Shown: positions 27,801-41,589 of the stretch, one piece after another | Position numbering within the stretch: the stretch's first letter is position 1 | Layout of the letters: each line of letters begins with the position of its first letter | NCBI RefSeq assembly: GCF_009914755.1 | Contig: NC_060936.1 | Length of the DNA stretch: 64,000 nucleotides | Direction: 5' to 3' (one strand) | Origin: the human T2T-CHM13v2.0 reference genome, Homo sapiens | Program-made: the position numbers and the translations under genes | Notes under the pieces: model-generated | Database searches by the model: none | What the model saw: the letters and a program-made list of their open reading frames with translations, nothing else | What the model was told of the DNA's origin: nothing

Positions 27801-28389
27801 TGAGGCAGATTTCTAAACACTAGCTACTAACTACTCTTAAACTGCCAGTCGTAATTGCTGTCATGCCACCTTGTCTTATTTTCATTGATATCTGCTTGTT
27901 TCTTTATTTGTTTCTACTGCTTGTTATGTATTGAGCATAATTTTCGTGACAAATTTCTAGTTTTTTTCAATGTCCTATCTTATCACCTAAAATAATGTCT
28001 AGAAAAAAAAAAAAATCCTAAGAAAGGGATTTATAATGGATTAGCAAATTCCATTAGTAGGAGGAAATCCCAATATAAAACATATAAAAGATGACATATA
28101 AATTTGGAGAGTTTCAAGTGTGCTGACTGAAAAACAAGGAGTAGTTCTTGGAAAATCTCTGGGCCTATGGTTAAGGAAAGGTGTATAATTGGAGTGCTCA
28201 CCCCGGCTCGCTCCTCCTTACCTCTCACCTACTTTTTTGGCACAAACATAGTCTAGCTAATACATTACAATGCCTCTCATTACAATGACTGTGAGTATTT
28301 GGTCTGGCCACCTATGCAATCTGGTTAAACCAGTTTAATCTGAAATAGAAAAATGACTTTTAAAAATTATAACTTTGAATATAGTATTC

Positions 28390-28815
28390 CGTATAGGTTG
28401 AATGTCTCCTCCAAAACTCATTTTCAGACATAATTCCCAATATGGTACTATGGATAGGTGGGATCTTTAACAGGTGACTGGATCACGAGGGCTCTGCACT
28501 CATGAATGAACTAATCCATTAATGGATTAATGGTTTAAAGGGTTAATGGATAGATGGGTTATCATAGGAGAGGAACTGGTGACTTTATAAGAAGAGAGAG
28601 ACCTGAGCATAGCATATTAGCACACTCAACCCCATTGCCATGTGATACCCAGTGCCCCAGATACTTCAGAATACCCAAAAGAATGAAGGCTGTCACCAGA
28701 TATGCCCCTTCAGGTTTGGTCTTCTTAGCCTCTGTAGCTGTAAGAAATATTTTTTTTCTTTATAAATTACCCAGTTTTAGGTATTTTTATAAGCATCAGA
28801 AAAGGGATTAAGACA
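28390..28815 (+). mobile_element. MaLR solo LTR (MSTC/MLT1A-like)
   Basis: atgaa...taatccattaatggattaatgg motif, ends attaagaca; TSD tattc/cattc. Confidence 0.8.
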
Positions 28816-28822
28816 CATTCTT

Positions 28823-28989
28823 CAGTTGACCCTTAAACAATATGGGTTTGAATTGCATGGGTCCACTTATGCGTGTATGTTTTGTAATGAAAATTACATC
28901 AAATGTGCCTTCCTGTCCTGCTTCTCCTTCCATATCCTCTGCATGGGAATTCAGCATCCCTAACCTCTGCATTCCTTAACGGTCAACTA
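28823..28989. mobile_element. Tigger2-derived MITE (MER8/Tigger2a-like), internally deleted
   Basis: TIRs cagttgacccttaaacaa ... ttaacggtcaacta. Confidence 0.75.
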
Positions 28990-29949
28990 TATATCTTAAA
29001 TGTGTTTTCATATGCAATTTTATTTAATACTGATAATAACTATAGGAAATAAACGATATTATCCTTGTTTTAAAGATATGAAAATGGAGAATTCCAGAAA
29101 TTAAATTACTTGATAAGCTTGTTGGTAAATGGTACATCTGGGACTTAGACTTGCCGTCAAATCCTGTGCTTTCAATTCTTAATTACAATGCAGCGGCCCC
29201 TCTCGTGACTAATTTCTTATTTACTGTTTTCATCTTGGATGTCTCTTTATGATTCCTTGTTGATAGTTCATAGTCAGCTTTTTATTTGATTTTCTATTTC
29301 ATTAATAAATTTTGGCTAACTCTTCAGCCACAATGTCTTGTGAAATGAAATTGATCGTATAATGAAATAAATGTAATTGACTTACATTAATGTAGCATTA
29401 TTTTAGAGAGTAAATTTGTAAGAATATTGAATAATATTGAATAATATAAGAATATTGAATATACAAAAACATTGGATGATATGAGAAAATAAGAAAATAC
29501 AGATCAGGTCTTTGTTTTTAAAAAGTTACATGATGTAATACTAGGCAATACATTGTCTCAAATTATGCATATTTGGGGAATAAAATAATGAATATTAATT
29601 TTCAACATTCCATTTCAACATTCATTTTATTTCCCCAATATGCATATTGCGGAATATTTGCAGAGTAGGTATAAGATTATATCTTTTCATAAAACAGCTA
29701 TAATTAACAGAATTTTATTCAACGCTAAGGAATTAGACAGACTTTTAAAGTAGAGCTATACATATTACAATTTTGTAGTACAAAAAAATTGGTGATTTTT
29801 ATTTCCCAGTTTAAATTACAGATTCCCTTTTCTTGAACCACAGATATTGTAGCAGTAAGTGGAATCTACATATTTTTCTATGTGTTATACCTAATGTGAA
29901 TGTGTCTGTACTACACAGCACTCAGTACCATGTTACAAGCAACATGGTG

Positions 29950-30165
29950 ATAATAGGTGTAGAGGGAAAGTATGGACTTTTAGTTCAGACACACATGAGT
30001 TAATTTGAGAACTACTTCTGTCTTTCAAGCTCTCTGACTCTGAGCTAGCATCTTAACCTTGCTGAGCCTGTTTCCGTTTGTAAAATGGGGATCGTAATAC
30101 CATTGCAAATGATTCCTGTGAGAAATAAATGGTAAAAGTAACATGCACTGTGCTTAGAACAGTAA
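29950..30165 (+). mobile_element. MIR
   Basis: cttaaccttgctgagcctgtttccgtttgtaaaatggggat core. Confidence 0.7.
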
Positions 30166-31158
30166 TTGTTCTACAAAAGAAAATCAAGTTAGTCCTCTTT
30201 TTCCACCATGAGCAGCATATTGCCATAAACTAGTATGAATTTGCGTGTCAGGAAAGCACTTAATTTATGGGTTAAAACGGGTATTTTCATTTATCTACCT
30301 ACTTCTTTATCTCTTTCTCACTGTATCATCTATATATTTTTGTAGGAATTAATGTTTCCTTTGTATTAAATTTTAATTGAAATGCTACTATGTAAACCAA
30401 TACAAATGCTCCTATTGTCAAGTGGGTTTCCTAGAAACAGATTTGGATCTCAGTGTGGGGTGCAGTCTGAAAATCACTGGGCTAAATAAGCTTTTTGGGT
30501 CATGTGTCCACCCCAGTGCAACAAAGTTTTACAAGCTAGTTTCTTAGATTTCATCTGCTTGTAGGCACAGCTGACATCACATTTGCAATAATGACTCAAA
30601 TTGTATTGGCTCAGGTATCCAACTTTTTAATGAACAATTATGGCAACCTTTCCAAATGAATCTTCAGGTATAAATTACATTTGATAATCATGTGAATAAT
30701 CTATTTTTAAAAGAAGAAACCAATTCAGTTTTATTTCAAATAATATACTAACATTTCCTAGCTACTTTATACATTTCATCTGTTTAAGCAGAAGCATTTA
30801 GGACTTCAAGGGGAGAGGAAGATAATGTCTAGAAAAAGATGTCACTGCTTTGGCAAAACCTGAGTTTTTAAGGCTCATGAAGTGAATATAAAAATGTGGA
30901 AACACTCAGGTTATGTTTAGTGCCTCATTTCTGTAGTTGTGTCCTCGGGAGACTACAAACCTTCCAGAGAAATGTTGTATTTGTCATGGCTCTGTGTCTC
31001 CTATGGCATGGAAGCAATATGGGATCAACTTCTGTGGGTGCGTCTACGTAGGTGCCTCTGGGCAAACTCACACAGTGTCTTAAACTCCTTATCATGGTGT
31101 AGTGAAGACAGTCCAAACCCCTGTGTTGTCTTGATGTTTAGGAAGTATAAGAAGTCTA

Positions 31159-31465
<307 letters not shown>

Positions 31466-32133
31466 AAGAAGTCCAATCAATAAGAAATTTTGACTTTATG
31501 CTAGCAGGTCATAGAGTGAGGGTAGCTCCAACTACGCAGAATGGAAAGATCCATGGTTATGAAAACAAGTGGCAGCATATATACAGAACATCAGGTGAAC
31601 CAAGTTATATACCAGACAATAAAGTACAGAGAGTCAGTGCAGTTCATGGGCCAAGGGAAAGAAAGTTCCTTGCCAGGAGGCCATCGATGAATTCCATATC
31701 TCTCCCCTGATTTTGAAATTCACAAAATCCTAAAGGGAAAGATGTTAGCAAGGGGTGAATGTACATGGTTGAAAAGTCTTGCAATACTGTTTTCCTTCAC
31801 AGTTCCTGAACTTTGGAGGGGAGAGGGACTTGAATTGTTCTGGAAAACCCTTTGACTGTACTGAGTATCTTTGAATAGGATAGAGTAACTTATATGGTGA
31901 AAGCAACCAAAGAGCCAAGTTGTGTTTTATTTTAGGAAGTAGAAATAGTTACATTTATTACAAATATCTCAGACAAAGTATAAGTTTTGGTCACATTGTA
32001 CTCATGAAGACACTTTCTCAGCCTATTGCTTTGCTCATACTGTGGTCTTCCACTAGACATTGCCACCACACAGCAGGAAATCAGTCTCCTACCAGTCACC
32101 AATATAGAGCCAAAAGTCACTGCAGTCACTCAC

Positions 32134-32515
32134 TGATATGGTTTGGGTCTGTGTCCCACCCAAATCTCATGTTGAATTGTATCCCTAATTTTGGGGGAGG
32201 GATGTGGTGGGAGGTGATTGGATCATGGGGCCGGATATCCTCCTTGCTGTTCTCATGATAATAGGTGAGTTCTCACAAGATATGCTTGTTTAAAAGTGTG
32301 TAGCACTTCCCTCTTCACCCTCTTCCTCCTGCTCCTGTCATGTAAGATATGTTGGCTTCCCCTTCACCTTCTGCCATGATTGTAAGTTTTCTGAGGCCTC
32401 CTCTGCCATGCCTCCTGTAGAGTCTGCAGAGCTATGAGTCAATTAAACCTCTTTCCTTTATAAGTTACCCAACCTCAGGTAGTTCTTTATAGTAGTGTGA
32501 GAATGAACTAATACA
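32134..32515 (+). mobile_element. MaLR solo LTR (MSTA-like)
   Basis: Runs tgatatggtttgggtctgtgtcc...gaactaataca. Confidence 0.88.
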
Positions 32516-32643
32516 TTCATTAAGTGAGAATCAACACTAGTATAAAGCTGTTGATCTTTGGTACTGTGGGGAGAGGAAGAATACCTATCCCTCCTTTAGT
32601 TTACTTTCAGAAAAAGGGATCTTATAGCAACGTTGTGTTGTTA

Positions 32644-32959
<316 letters not shown>

Positions 32960-33289
32960 TTGTTCTTTTAAATTTTCTTAACCACAGCCCTCTCATTCTC
33001 TCCCCAGGACGAGGAATGAATCCATGCATACACAAGGCTAACCTTAAGATGGCTTTAAGTGATGGCCACCACATTCAAAATTATTATTGGTATTTAATAA
33101 GTAAAATTTTCTTGTTGAATATACTTTAGCATTCCTGCCTCTGTCTCCCAGCATGAGTTTCCCCTAGGAGGTCCTTTAGACTTCTAAACCATCTTACAAT
33201 TTGCTACACTTGGAATCTAGTTTCATTTAAATAAGGACCACAGGTACATCTCCATTGCTGTTGGTGTTTGGAGTTATGTGATGAAAAAG

Positions 33290-33500
33290 TTATAATGTAT
33301 GGAGGAAAGTCCTAGATGTGTAATAAGAAAACCCACATATTTCCCATGGTCTTCCATATATGAACAGTATGACATTTGATAAGTCATCTATCTCTCTGAG
33401 CTTCAGTGTTTTCATATAAAATGAAGCAATTGTAATGCTCTGTATTCCTTACAGGTTTGATGAGAATAACATGATAAAAATTATATGAACACACTTTGCA
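33290..33500 (+). mobile_element. MIR
   Basis: ctctctgagcttcagtgttttcatataaaatgaag core. Confidence 0.55.
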
Positions 33501-34451
33501 AAGTGATATACACGTGAATTTTTTTCTTTTTAATTACTGACCTTAGTTCACAGCATTCCTCATATGTGGTCGCAGTTATCTACCAATGCAAGTAGTTGTT
33601 CTTCCAAAGGATTGAAGGAATCTACCACATTTGATTGGGTCCAAAAAAATGTGTATACCTTTAGTGTATAGTTGTCTATAATTGCTGTTTCACTTCCTAG
33701 TCTACCATTCACTTTCATAACACAGGTGATGTTTTAATTCTACTTTCTAAATTTTGATATTTCCACTTGTACATATTTCCATAGTTAACTAGGAAAAAAG
33801 AAAATATCTTTGTTGTAGCTTAAAACAGGTAATTATTCTAAATATGTTTTCACAGCAATTTGAACATTCATGAGCAATAAGACTGCTGAAATCCAGCTAT
33901 GCATTATGATAGCTTTTTAGAAGTAATATTACTAGGCAGTATTGTAGTGACTCTTAGTTCTGCTTGGAATACTACATTTGCATGGGGCTTTTCTATTGAA
34001 ATGGAAGGTGTGCACATTACAATTTTTCCTACATTAAAGAACAGAACATTCTGCCTCGTTTTCATCTCCTTCAAATACCGTCTATGTACTGAGACCCCAC
34101 TGACTTAAAAAATATAATAATCCATAGGGTACTACATCACATGAACTCCATCAAAATAGGCCTAAATTTGAAAGACATTGCTCAAATTTTTCTCTGTTAC
34201 TGTGTCTCTCCTGTCATGTTTATTAGTACAGAAAGGATTTTCACATAAATCATGAAATTTTCAACCCTTTCCACAAAAAGGGCAATCTCCCATATTATAT
34301 CTGTAATCTTGTCAGTCTTATCAACTTCACAGTGGGTTATCTAATTGCTAAACAGGATCAATCTACACCTACCACATGTTGACAACATAGTTGTAAATAC
34401 ACAGGCTCATTTTGCTTACATTCAAAATGTCAAAGTTGTCACTAACAGAGG

Positions 34452-34938
34452 TGTGGTTGATTGCAGAAAGGGCCACAGTCATTTCTTCCTATATATGCCT
34501 TTTTGCTGACTTTGTTGCTTCTCTCACCAAGAGATGGAGTCTCTTTCCCCTCTTCCTATATCTGGACTGGTCTTGGGACTTGGTTTGGCCAATAAAATGC
34601 AGCAGATGTTACATGCCATTTCCAAGCCTAGCCCTCAAGAGCCTTGAACATTTCTGTTCACTATCTTGGAACACTACCCAATGCAATGTGAATAAGCTGC
34701 GTTGGCATGCTAGAGAGTAAGAGGCTATGTGAAGTAGAGCTGTATTGCCTTAGCCTAGACCTTGCTAGACCAGCCAATTCCAAGTTGACCCATGAGCTGA
34801 CTGCAGATGCATGAGTGAGCCAAACTAAGATTAGTAGAGCTGTCAAATTAACCTGCCGATTCATGAGCCATATAAATAGTTATTACAAGCCACTGAAATT
34901 TGAGGTGTTGTATTATATAGCAATAGACAACTAATATA
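34452..34938 (+). mobile_element. MaLR solo LTR (MLT1H-like)
   Basis: Runs tgtggttgattgcagaaagggccac...caagagatggagtct...gcaatagacaactaatata. Confidence 0.75.
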
Positions 34939-36345
34939 GAAGGACTCATACTTTATCTATGAAAATATATTTTGATTGTTCAGACACCATGACTGAAATT
35001 TAATTTTCTACAATAAATGTATTAAGAAAACTGTTATTAACCTTAATAAAGGTATTAAAACCAAATATCAAGGTATTTGACAAATTCAAGTATGAAGAAA
35101 TAATAAAAATGGTAATTTACATATTCATTTGAAACTAGTCAAAATCAAAACAGCAATTGAACTAATTTATTTCTGTTTATGAAATAATCATAAGAACATA
35201 AGAGGAAGAAGAACACTATGAAAAAGTTAACTAAAAAAATACCTAAAAAGTTGACTTTTTAAAGAAAGCTTACTGTTCTCTGCACAGTAAACTGTTAGGA
35301 AACAAGGATACTTTGTACAGGACTTTTCTACCTATACTGTAAAATGTCCACTTGGAACTTTGAGCTTCTTTATTCTGATTAGAATATAAAGTGTCACATC
35401 TTACTTCTAACACATGAAACTGCTTTCCACAGTCTAATGTTTATGACATCTTGGTAGGTGACTCAGATGTCCAATGGAAAATTACCCATGATCTATTTAA
35501 TAAGCATTTCCTCCCACAGTTTGCTGAACACAAAGCTTTGGTTCACAAACCTAGGAGTTTATAAAAGGGCCTGTGAATGAGAATAATTATTAGAGAAAAT
35601 TGTCTCATTCTCCATGGAATCTGCACTTACCCCTGTCACTCATCCTCATGTGACCATATGTGCACAGATGATGATGTGGTTGATTATAATAGTGTTAGTT
35701 GATTGTGATAATAATGTGATACATTCTTACAAGAGAAAGAATGAAAATGGCTGCAAGTGTACACTAATGTAGCCACAGCCATCATGGTTCTCAAATCATG
35801 GTGATTTGAGGGAAACAAAAGTTACTAACAATATCTTACATTGTTTTGGAACTTTCTTAACATAGTTCATATCCTGTATAAAGCTAGCTATCTGATAAGC
35901 TGATGAAGAGCAATTACATTTACTTACATTCTCATGTGTAAGACCAGAAATTCACTTAAAAAAACCATTATTACCTGAGAGCTACTCCTTAAGAACTTGC
36001 ACATAATGGCTCATTTGCAATAGCTTCAGGAGAAGGGGGGGTTTCTTGAAACATCTTTTTCCATGGATTATTATGGCTCATTGTGGTCTTTTATTTTTTG
36101 TCAGTTGATGGATATCATGAAAGATTGAATTAAGGGACTGACAGAAAAGAACTTCTAAAAATAGCTTTCACCCCTAAAAAGACATCCTGATGTGAAAACA
36201 AGATAGGGAGTTTCCAGAATAAAAGGTTCTCAATTTGAGCTATATCTTGATGAAGCAAAATCAACTAACAATACCTAATATGAAGCTGCATCAAAGACTA
36301 ATGACAATCTCAATACATTCTCATTTAAATTGGGAAAAAATATGA

Positions 36346-36553
36346 CAGGTTCTTAACAGAGAGTGATTTTTTTCCTCCCAGGACATACTTGGAAATATCT
36401 GGAGACATTTTTGACTGTCATAGGTTGGGGGTGTTACTGGAATCTACTGGGTAAAAGCCTTAAAATGCACTAAGCACCTTAAAATGCACAGAACAGCTCC
36501 CCTACAATAAGGTTTAGTCTAAAATATCAATAGTACTAATAATGAGAAATCTC
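36346..36553. mobile_element. MER20 DNA transposon relic
   Basis: tctggagacatttttgactgtca...aatgcacagaacagctcccctacaa...aaatatcaatagt. Confidence 0.8.
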
Positions 36554-36638
36554 AACTCAGAGTGTACATTCTTGTTCAGTGCAAATTCTATGCCTTGATT
36601 TTAGCATTTGATAAGCTTTCACGTTTTAAAGAGAGAAT

Positions 36639-38263
36639 ATTGTGAAGATTTTCTCCCACAGTGTGGGTTGTCTGTTAACTCTGTTAATTATTTCTTTTGT
36701 TGTGTAGAAGCTTTTTAGTTTAATTAAGTTTCATGTATTTATCTTTGTTTTTGCTGCATTTGCTTTTGGGTTCTTGGTCATGAAGTCTTTGCCTAAGCCA
36801 ATGTCTGTAAAGGTTTTTCCAAAGATATCATTTAGAATTTTTATCACTTCATGTCTTAGAGATAGGTCTTTGATATATCTTGAGTTGATTTTTGTATAAG
36901 GTTAGGGATGGGGATCCAGTTTCATTCTTCTACAGGTGGCTTGCCATTAGCCTAGCACTATTTGTTGAATAGGGTGTCTTTTTTCCCTACTTTATGTTTT
37001 TGTTCACTTTGTTAAAGATCAGTTGGCTTTAAGTATTTGGCTTTATTTTGGAGTTCTGTTCCATTGGTCTATGTGCCTATTTTTATACCAGTACCATGCT
37101 GTTTTGATAACTATGGCCTTATAGTATAGTTTGATGTTGGGTAATGTGAAGTCTCCAGTTTTTTTTTTTCTTAGTTCTGCTTTGGCTATGTGAGTTCTTT
37201 TTTTGGTTCCATATGAATTTTAGGATTGTTTTTTCTAGTTCTGTGAAGAATGATGCTGGTATTTTGATGGGAATTGCATTGATTTATAGATCACTTTTGG
37301 CAATTTGGTCATTTTCATAATACTTATTCTACCCATCTATGAGCATGGGATCTGTTTCCATTTGTCTGTGTTGTCTATGATTTCATTCAGCAGTGTTTTG
37401 TAGTTTTCTTTGTAGATGTCTCACTTCCTTGGTTAAGTGTGTTCCTAAGTTTAATTTTTTTATTTTTTTTTTCAGCTTTGTAAAAGGGATTGAATTCTTG
37501 ATTTGTTTCTCAGTTTGGTCATTGTTGGTGTGTGGCAGAACTATTGATTTCTGTACATTAATTTTGTATCCTGAAACTTTGCTGAATTCAAATATCAGTT
37601 CTAGGAGCTTTTTGATTGAGTAATTAGGGTTTTCTAGGCATATGATCATATCATCAGTAACCAGTGACAGTTTGACATCCTCTTTACCAATTTGCATCCC
37701 CTTGATTTCTTTCTTTTGTTTAATTGCTCTGGCTAGGACTTCCAGTACCATGTTGAATCAAAGTGGTGAAAGTGGGCATCCTTGCCTTGTTTCAGTTCTC
37801 AGGGAAATGCTTTCAACTTTTCCCCATTCAGTATAATGTTGGCTATGGTTTTAAACAACTCAAACAAATCAGCAAGAAAAAAGCAAACAATTCCATCAAA
37901 AAGTGGGCTAAGAACATGAATAGAAAATTCTCAAAAGCAGATACACAAATGCCCAACAAATATATGAGAAAATGCTCAACATCACTAATTATCAAGGAAA
38001 TGCAAATAAAACTACAATGTGATACCACCTCACTCTTGCAAGAATGACCATAATAAAAAAAAAATCAGAAAATAATAGATGTTGGTGAGGATGTGGTGAA
38101 AGGGAACCCTTTTATACTGTTGGTGGGAATGTTAGCTAGTACAATCACTATGGAAAACTGTGGAGATTCCTTAAAGAACTAAAAATAGATCTACCATTTG
38201 ATGAAGAAATCCCACTACTAGGAAATCCCACTACCCAAAGGAAAAAATTCATTATTCAAAAAA

Positions 38264-38311
<48 letters not shown>

Positions 38312-38389
38312 AAAAGTATATATACACATGCATATATACCTATATAAATACATATGTATATATCTACATATACATATATACTTATATAC

Positions 38390-38420
<31 letters not shown>

Positions 38421-38830
38421 CATACCCCATGGAATACTACTCAGCCATAAAAAGAAATTAAATAAAAACATTCACAGCAACTTGGATGAGATTGGAGATT
38501 GTTATTCTAAGTGAAGTAACTCAGGAATGGAAACCAAATATCATATGTTCTCATTCATAATTGGGAGCTAAGGTATGAGGATGTAAAGGCATAAGAATGA
38601 TACAATGGACTTTGGGGACTCAGGGGAAAGAGTGGGAGAGGGTGAGGGATAAAAGACCATAATTTGGGTATAGTGTACACTGCTTGGTTGATGGGTGCAC
38701 CAGAATCTCAGAAATAACTACTAAATAACTTATTCTTGTAACAAAATACTACTGGTTCCCCAAAAACCTATTGAAATAAAACACAAATTTAAATAAATAA
38801 AATTATAAAAATATAAATTAAAAAATATAA
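36639..38830 (+). mobile_element. L1PB with 5' inversion (36639-37851 minus, 37852-38830 plus)
   Basis: Antisense ORF2 switches to sense ORF2 end, 3'UTR and A-tail at ~37851; L1PB 3' terminus ccaaaaacctattgaaataaa. Confidence 0.88.
38266..38422. repeat. (TA)n / (TG)n compound microsatellite inside L1PB
   Basis: Seen directly in the sequence. Confidence 0.95.
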
Positions 38831-38847
38831 AATAGAGGTAGTATTAT

Positions 38848-39204
38848 CGTATTAGTCCATTTACATGCCGCTGATAAAGATATAAGCAAGACTGGGAAGA
38901 AAAAGAGGTTTAATGGACTTACACATGGCTAGGTACACCTCACAATCATGACAGAAGGCAAGGAGGAACAAGTCACACGTTACATGGATGGCAGCAGGCA
39001 AAAAGAGAAAGCTTGTGCAGGGAAACTCCTATTTTTAAAACCATTCGATCTCCTGAGACTTATTCACTATCATGAGAACTGCACGGGAAAGCCCCACCCC
39101 CATGATTCAATTACCTCCCACCAGGTTCCTCCCATGACACATGGGAATTGTGGGAGTTACAACTCAAGATGAGATTTCGGTGGGGACACAGCCAAAGCGT
39201 ATCA
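38848..39204 (-). mobile_element. THE1 (THE1A/B-like) solo LTR
   Basis: Runs gtattagtcc...ggggacacagccaaa..tatca; perfect TSD ATTAT (38843-38847, 39205-39209). Confidence 0.9.
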
Positions 39205-39629
39205 ATTATATAGTGTTTAAGAATAAGTAGGCTCAGGAATCAACTTTCTGTTATCAAATTGTTTCTACTAATTGTAAAATATATGACTGTGGACAACTTT
39301 TTTTTTTGTCTTATCTCTTAGTTTTCTAATCGTCAACATCTGCATAATATTAATGACCACCTCATAGAAGTTATTAAGATAACAAAATAATTTTAAGTTA
39401 AATGTATAAATGTACCAGCACATATAGGCACTTGTTAAATAATAGTTGTTATTATTGTATCAGAATAATAAAAGTTGGTGAAAAGTATAGATAATTCTCT
39501 AGTGAATGTATTATATTTGAACTTGCTTCTGTATGAAGGTTCATCATGAAAATAATAACTTACCATTATAACAAACAACTGTCCATTTATTTTAAATATC
39601 CAATGGTAAATACCACTTGAGTTCATTTT

Positions 39630-41589
39630 TTTCTAAATAGACTTTCCTTTTTAGAGCAGTTTTAGGTTCATAGCAAAAACCGAGCAGAAGATACAGAGAT
39701 TAAGCATATATTCTGCTCCCACAATACATGACCTCCCCCAGTATCAACATCCTCCACTAGAGTGGTACATTTGTTACAATTCATGAACCTACATTGTTAC
39801 ATCATTATCACCCAAAGTCCATAGTTTACACGAGGATATACTCTTGGTTTCATACATTCTCTGGGTTTGGATAAATGTATAACGACATGTATCCATCATT
39901 ATATTATCATACAGAATAGTTTCACTTCCCTAAAAATACTCTGTGCTTCATCTGTTAATTTTTTCCTCCCCTCCACTAATTCCTGGCAACCACTAACATT
40001 TTTACTGTCTCCATAGTTTTGCCTCTTGCAGAATGCCATATTGTTAGAATCATATAGTATATTGCCTTTCTTTCACTTAGTAACGTGTTTATATTGCCTC
40101 CATTTTTATGGCTTGATAGGTCATTTCTGTTTAGTGTTGAATAATATGCTATTATCTGGATATACTAGTTTATCCATTCAGCTATCAATGGACATCTTAG
40201 TTGCTTCAAATTTTTGGCAAGTAAGAATAAAGCTGCTATAAGCATCCATGTGAAGGATTTTTTGTGTGGACCTAAGTTTTCAACATCTTTGGGTAAACAC
40301 CAAGGGGCCCCATTGCTGGGTTATATGGTAAGAGTAAGCACTGCTGTAATTGCATTTCATAAATGTTGATGAATTGTGTTTTTATTTTCATTTAGTTTAA
40401 AATATATTTTTAAAATTGTTTTTAAGAGTTCTTTGACTCATATTTTTTAAAAACGTGTTTGATATCTCCAATTATGTTTAATATTTTCCAGATATTCTGT
40501 TATTAATTTCTAATTTAACTCTATTGCTGTCTGAGAGCAGATATTGTATGATTTCTATTCTTTGAAGTTTGTTAAGGTACGTATGTTTTATTGCCCATAA
40601 TGTAGTCTATCTTGTGAATGTTCCGTGCGAGCTTGAAAAGAATGTGTATTCTGCTTTTGTTGGATGAAGTAGTTTATATACTTTGTTGGATGGAGTAGTT
40701 TATATACATCCATTATATCCAGTTATTGATGTGTTGTTGAGTTCGATTTTGTCCTTACCAATTTTCTGTCTACTAGATTTGTTCATTTCTGACAGAGGGA
40801 TAATGAAGTCTCTAACTGTAATAGTGGCTTTATCACTTTCTTCTTGCAATTCTTCCAGTTTTTGCCTCACATATTTTGACATTCTATTAGTAGGTACATG
40901 CAGGTTGAGAATTGTTATGTCTTTTTGGAGGTTTAACCCTTTTATCATCATGTAATATCCCTCTGCATTCTTAATAATTTTTGTTGATCTGATGTCTAAC
41001 TCTGAAAATAAATACCTATTCCCACTTTCTTTTGATTAGTGTTTACATGGTATAGCTTTCTTCATTTATTTACTTTTTTTCTACATATGTCTTTATATTT
41101 AAATAGCTTTCTTGTAGACTACATAGAGTTGGGTCTTGCTTTTAGATAGAATCTGACAATGTTTGTCTTTTAATTTGTATATAGACCATTGATATTTACA
41201 GTGATTATTGATATAGTTGGATTAGTATCTACCATATTTGTTTTGGTTTTCTATTTATTGCCCTTGTCTTCATTCCCATTTTTTTCTTTCACACTTTTTT
41301 GCTTTTTGTGGATTTAATTGGGGATTTTATGAGATTCTACTCTCTCTCCTTTCTTAGTATGTTCATTGTATTTATATATTTTATGTATTACATGTATATG
41401 TGTGTGTGTGTATGTAATATTTATTATGCAGAACATGAGAGGTCACTCCAATTTGGGGGTAGTGGTTTGCCCTGTAACCTCAGTTATCTTGCAGATATAA
41501 AAACAGTTGTTAATTTTTCAGTTTGTTCAGCTTTTTACTTATTCTTAGGATGAACTGTCAACTTCATGCTGAACCAGAACTGGAAATTC
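39630..41589 (-). mobile_element. Internally deleted L1MC/MD: 3' end, endonuclease piece and 5' end
   Basis: 3'UTR (tagagcagttttaggttcatagcaaaa), EN peptide (ITILNLHVPTNRMSKYVRQKLEELQ) and 5' terminus (cagtttgttcagcttttt...aactggaaattc). Confidence 0.75.
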
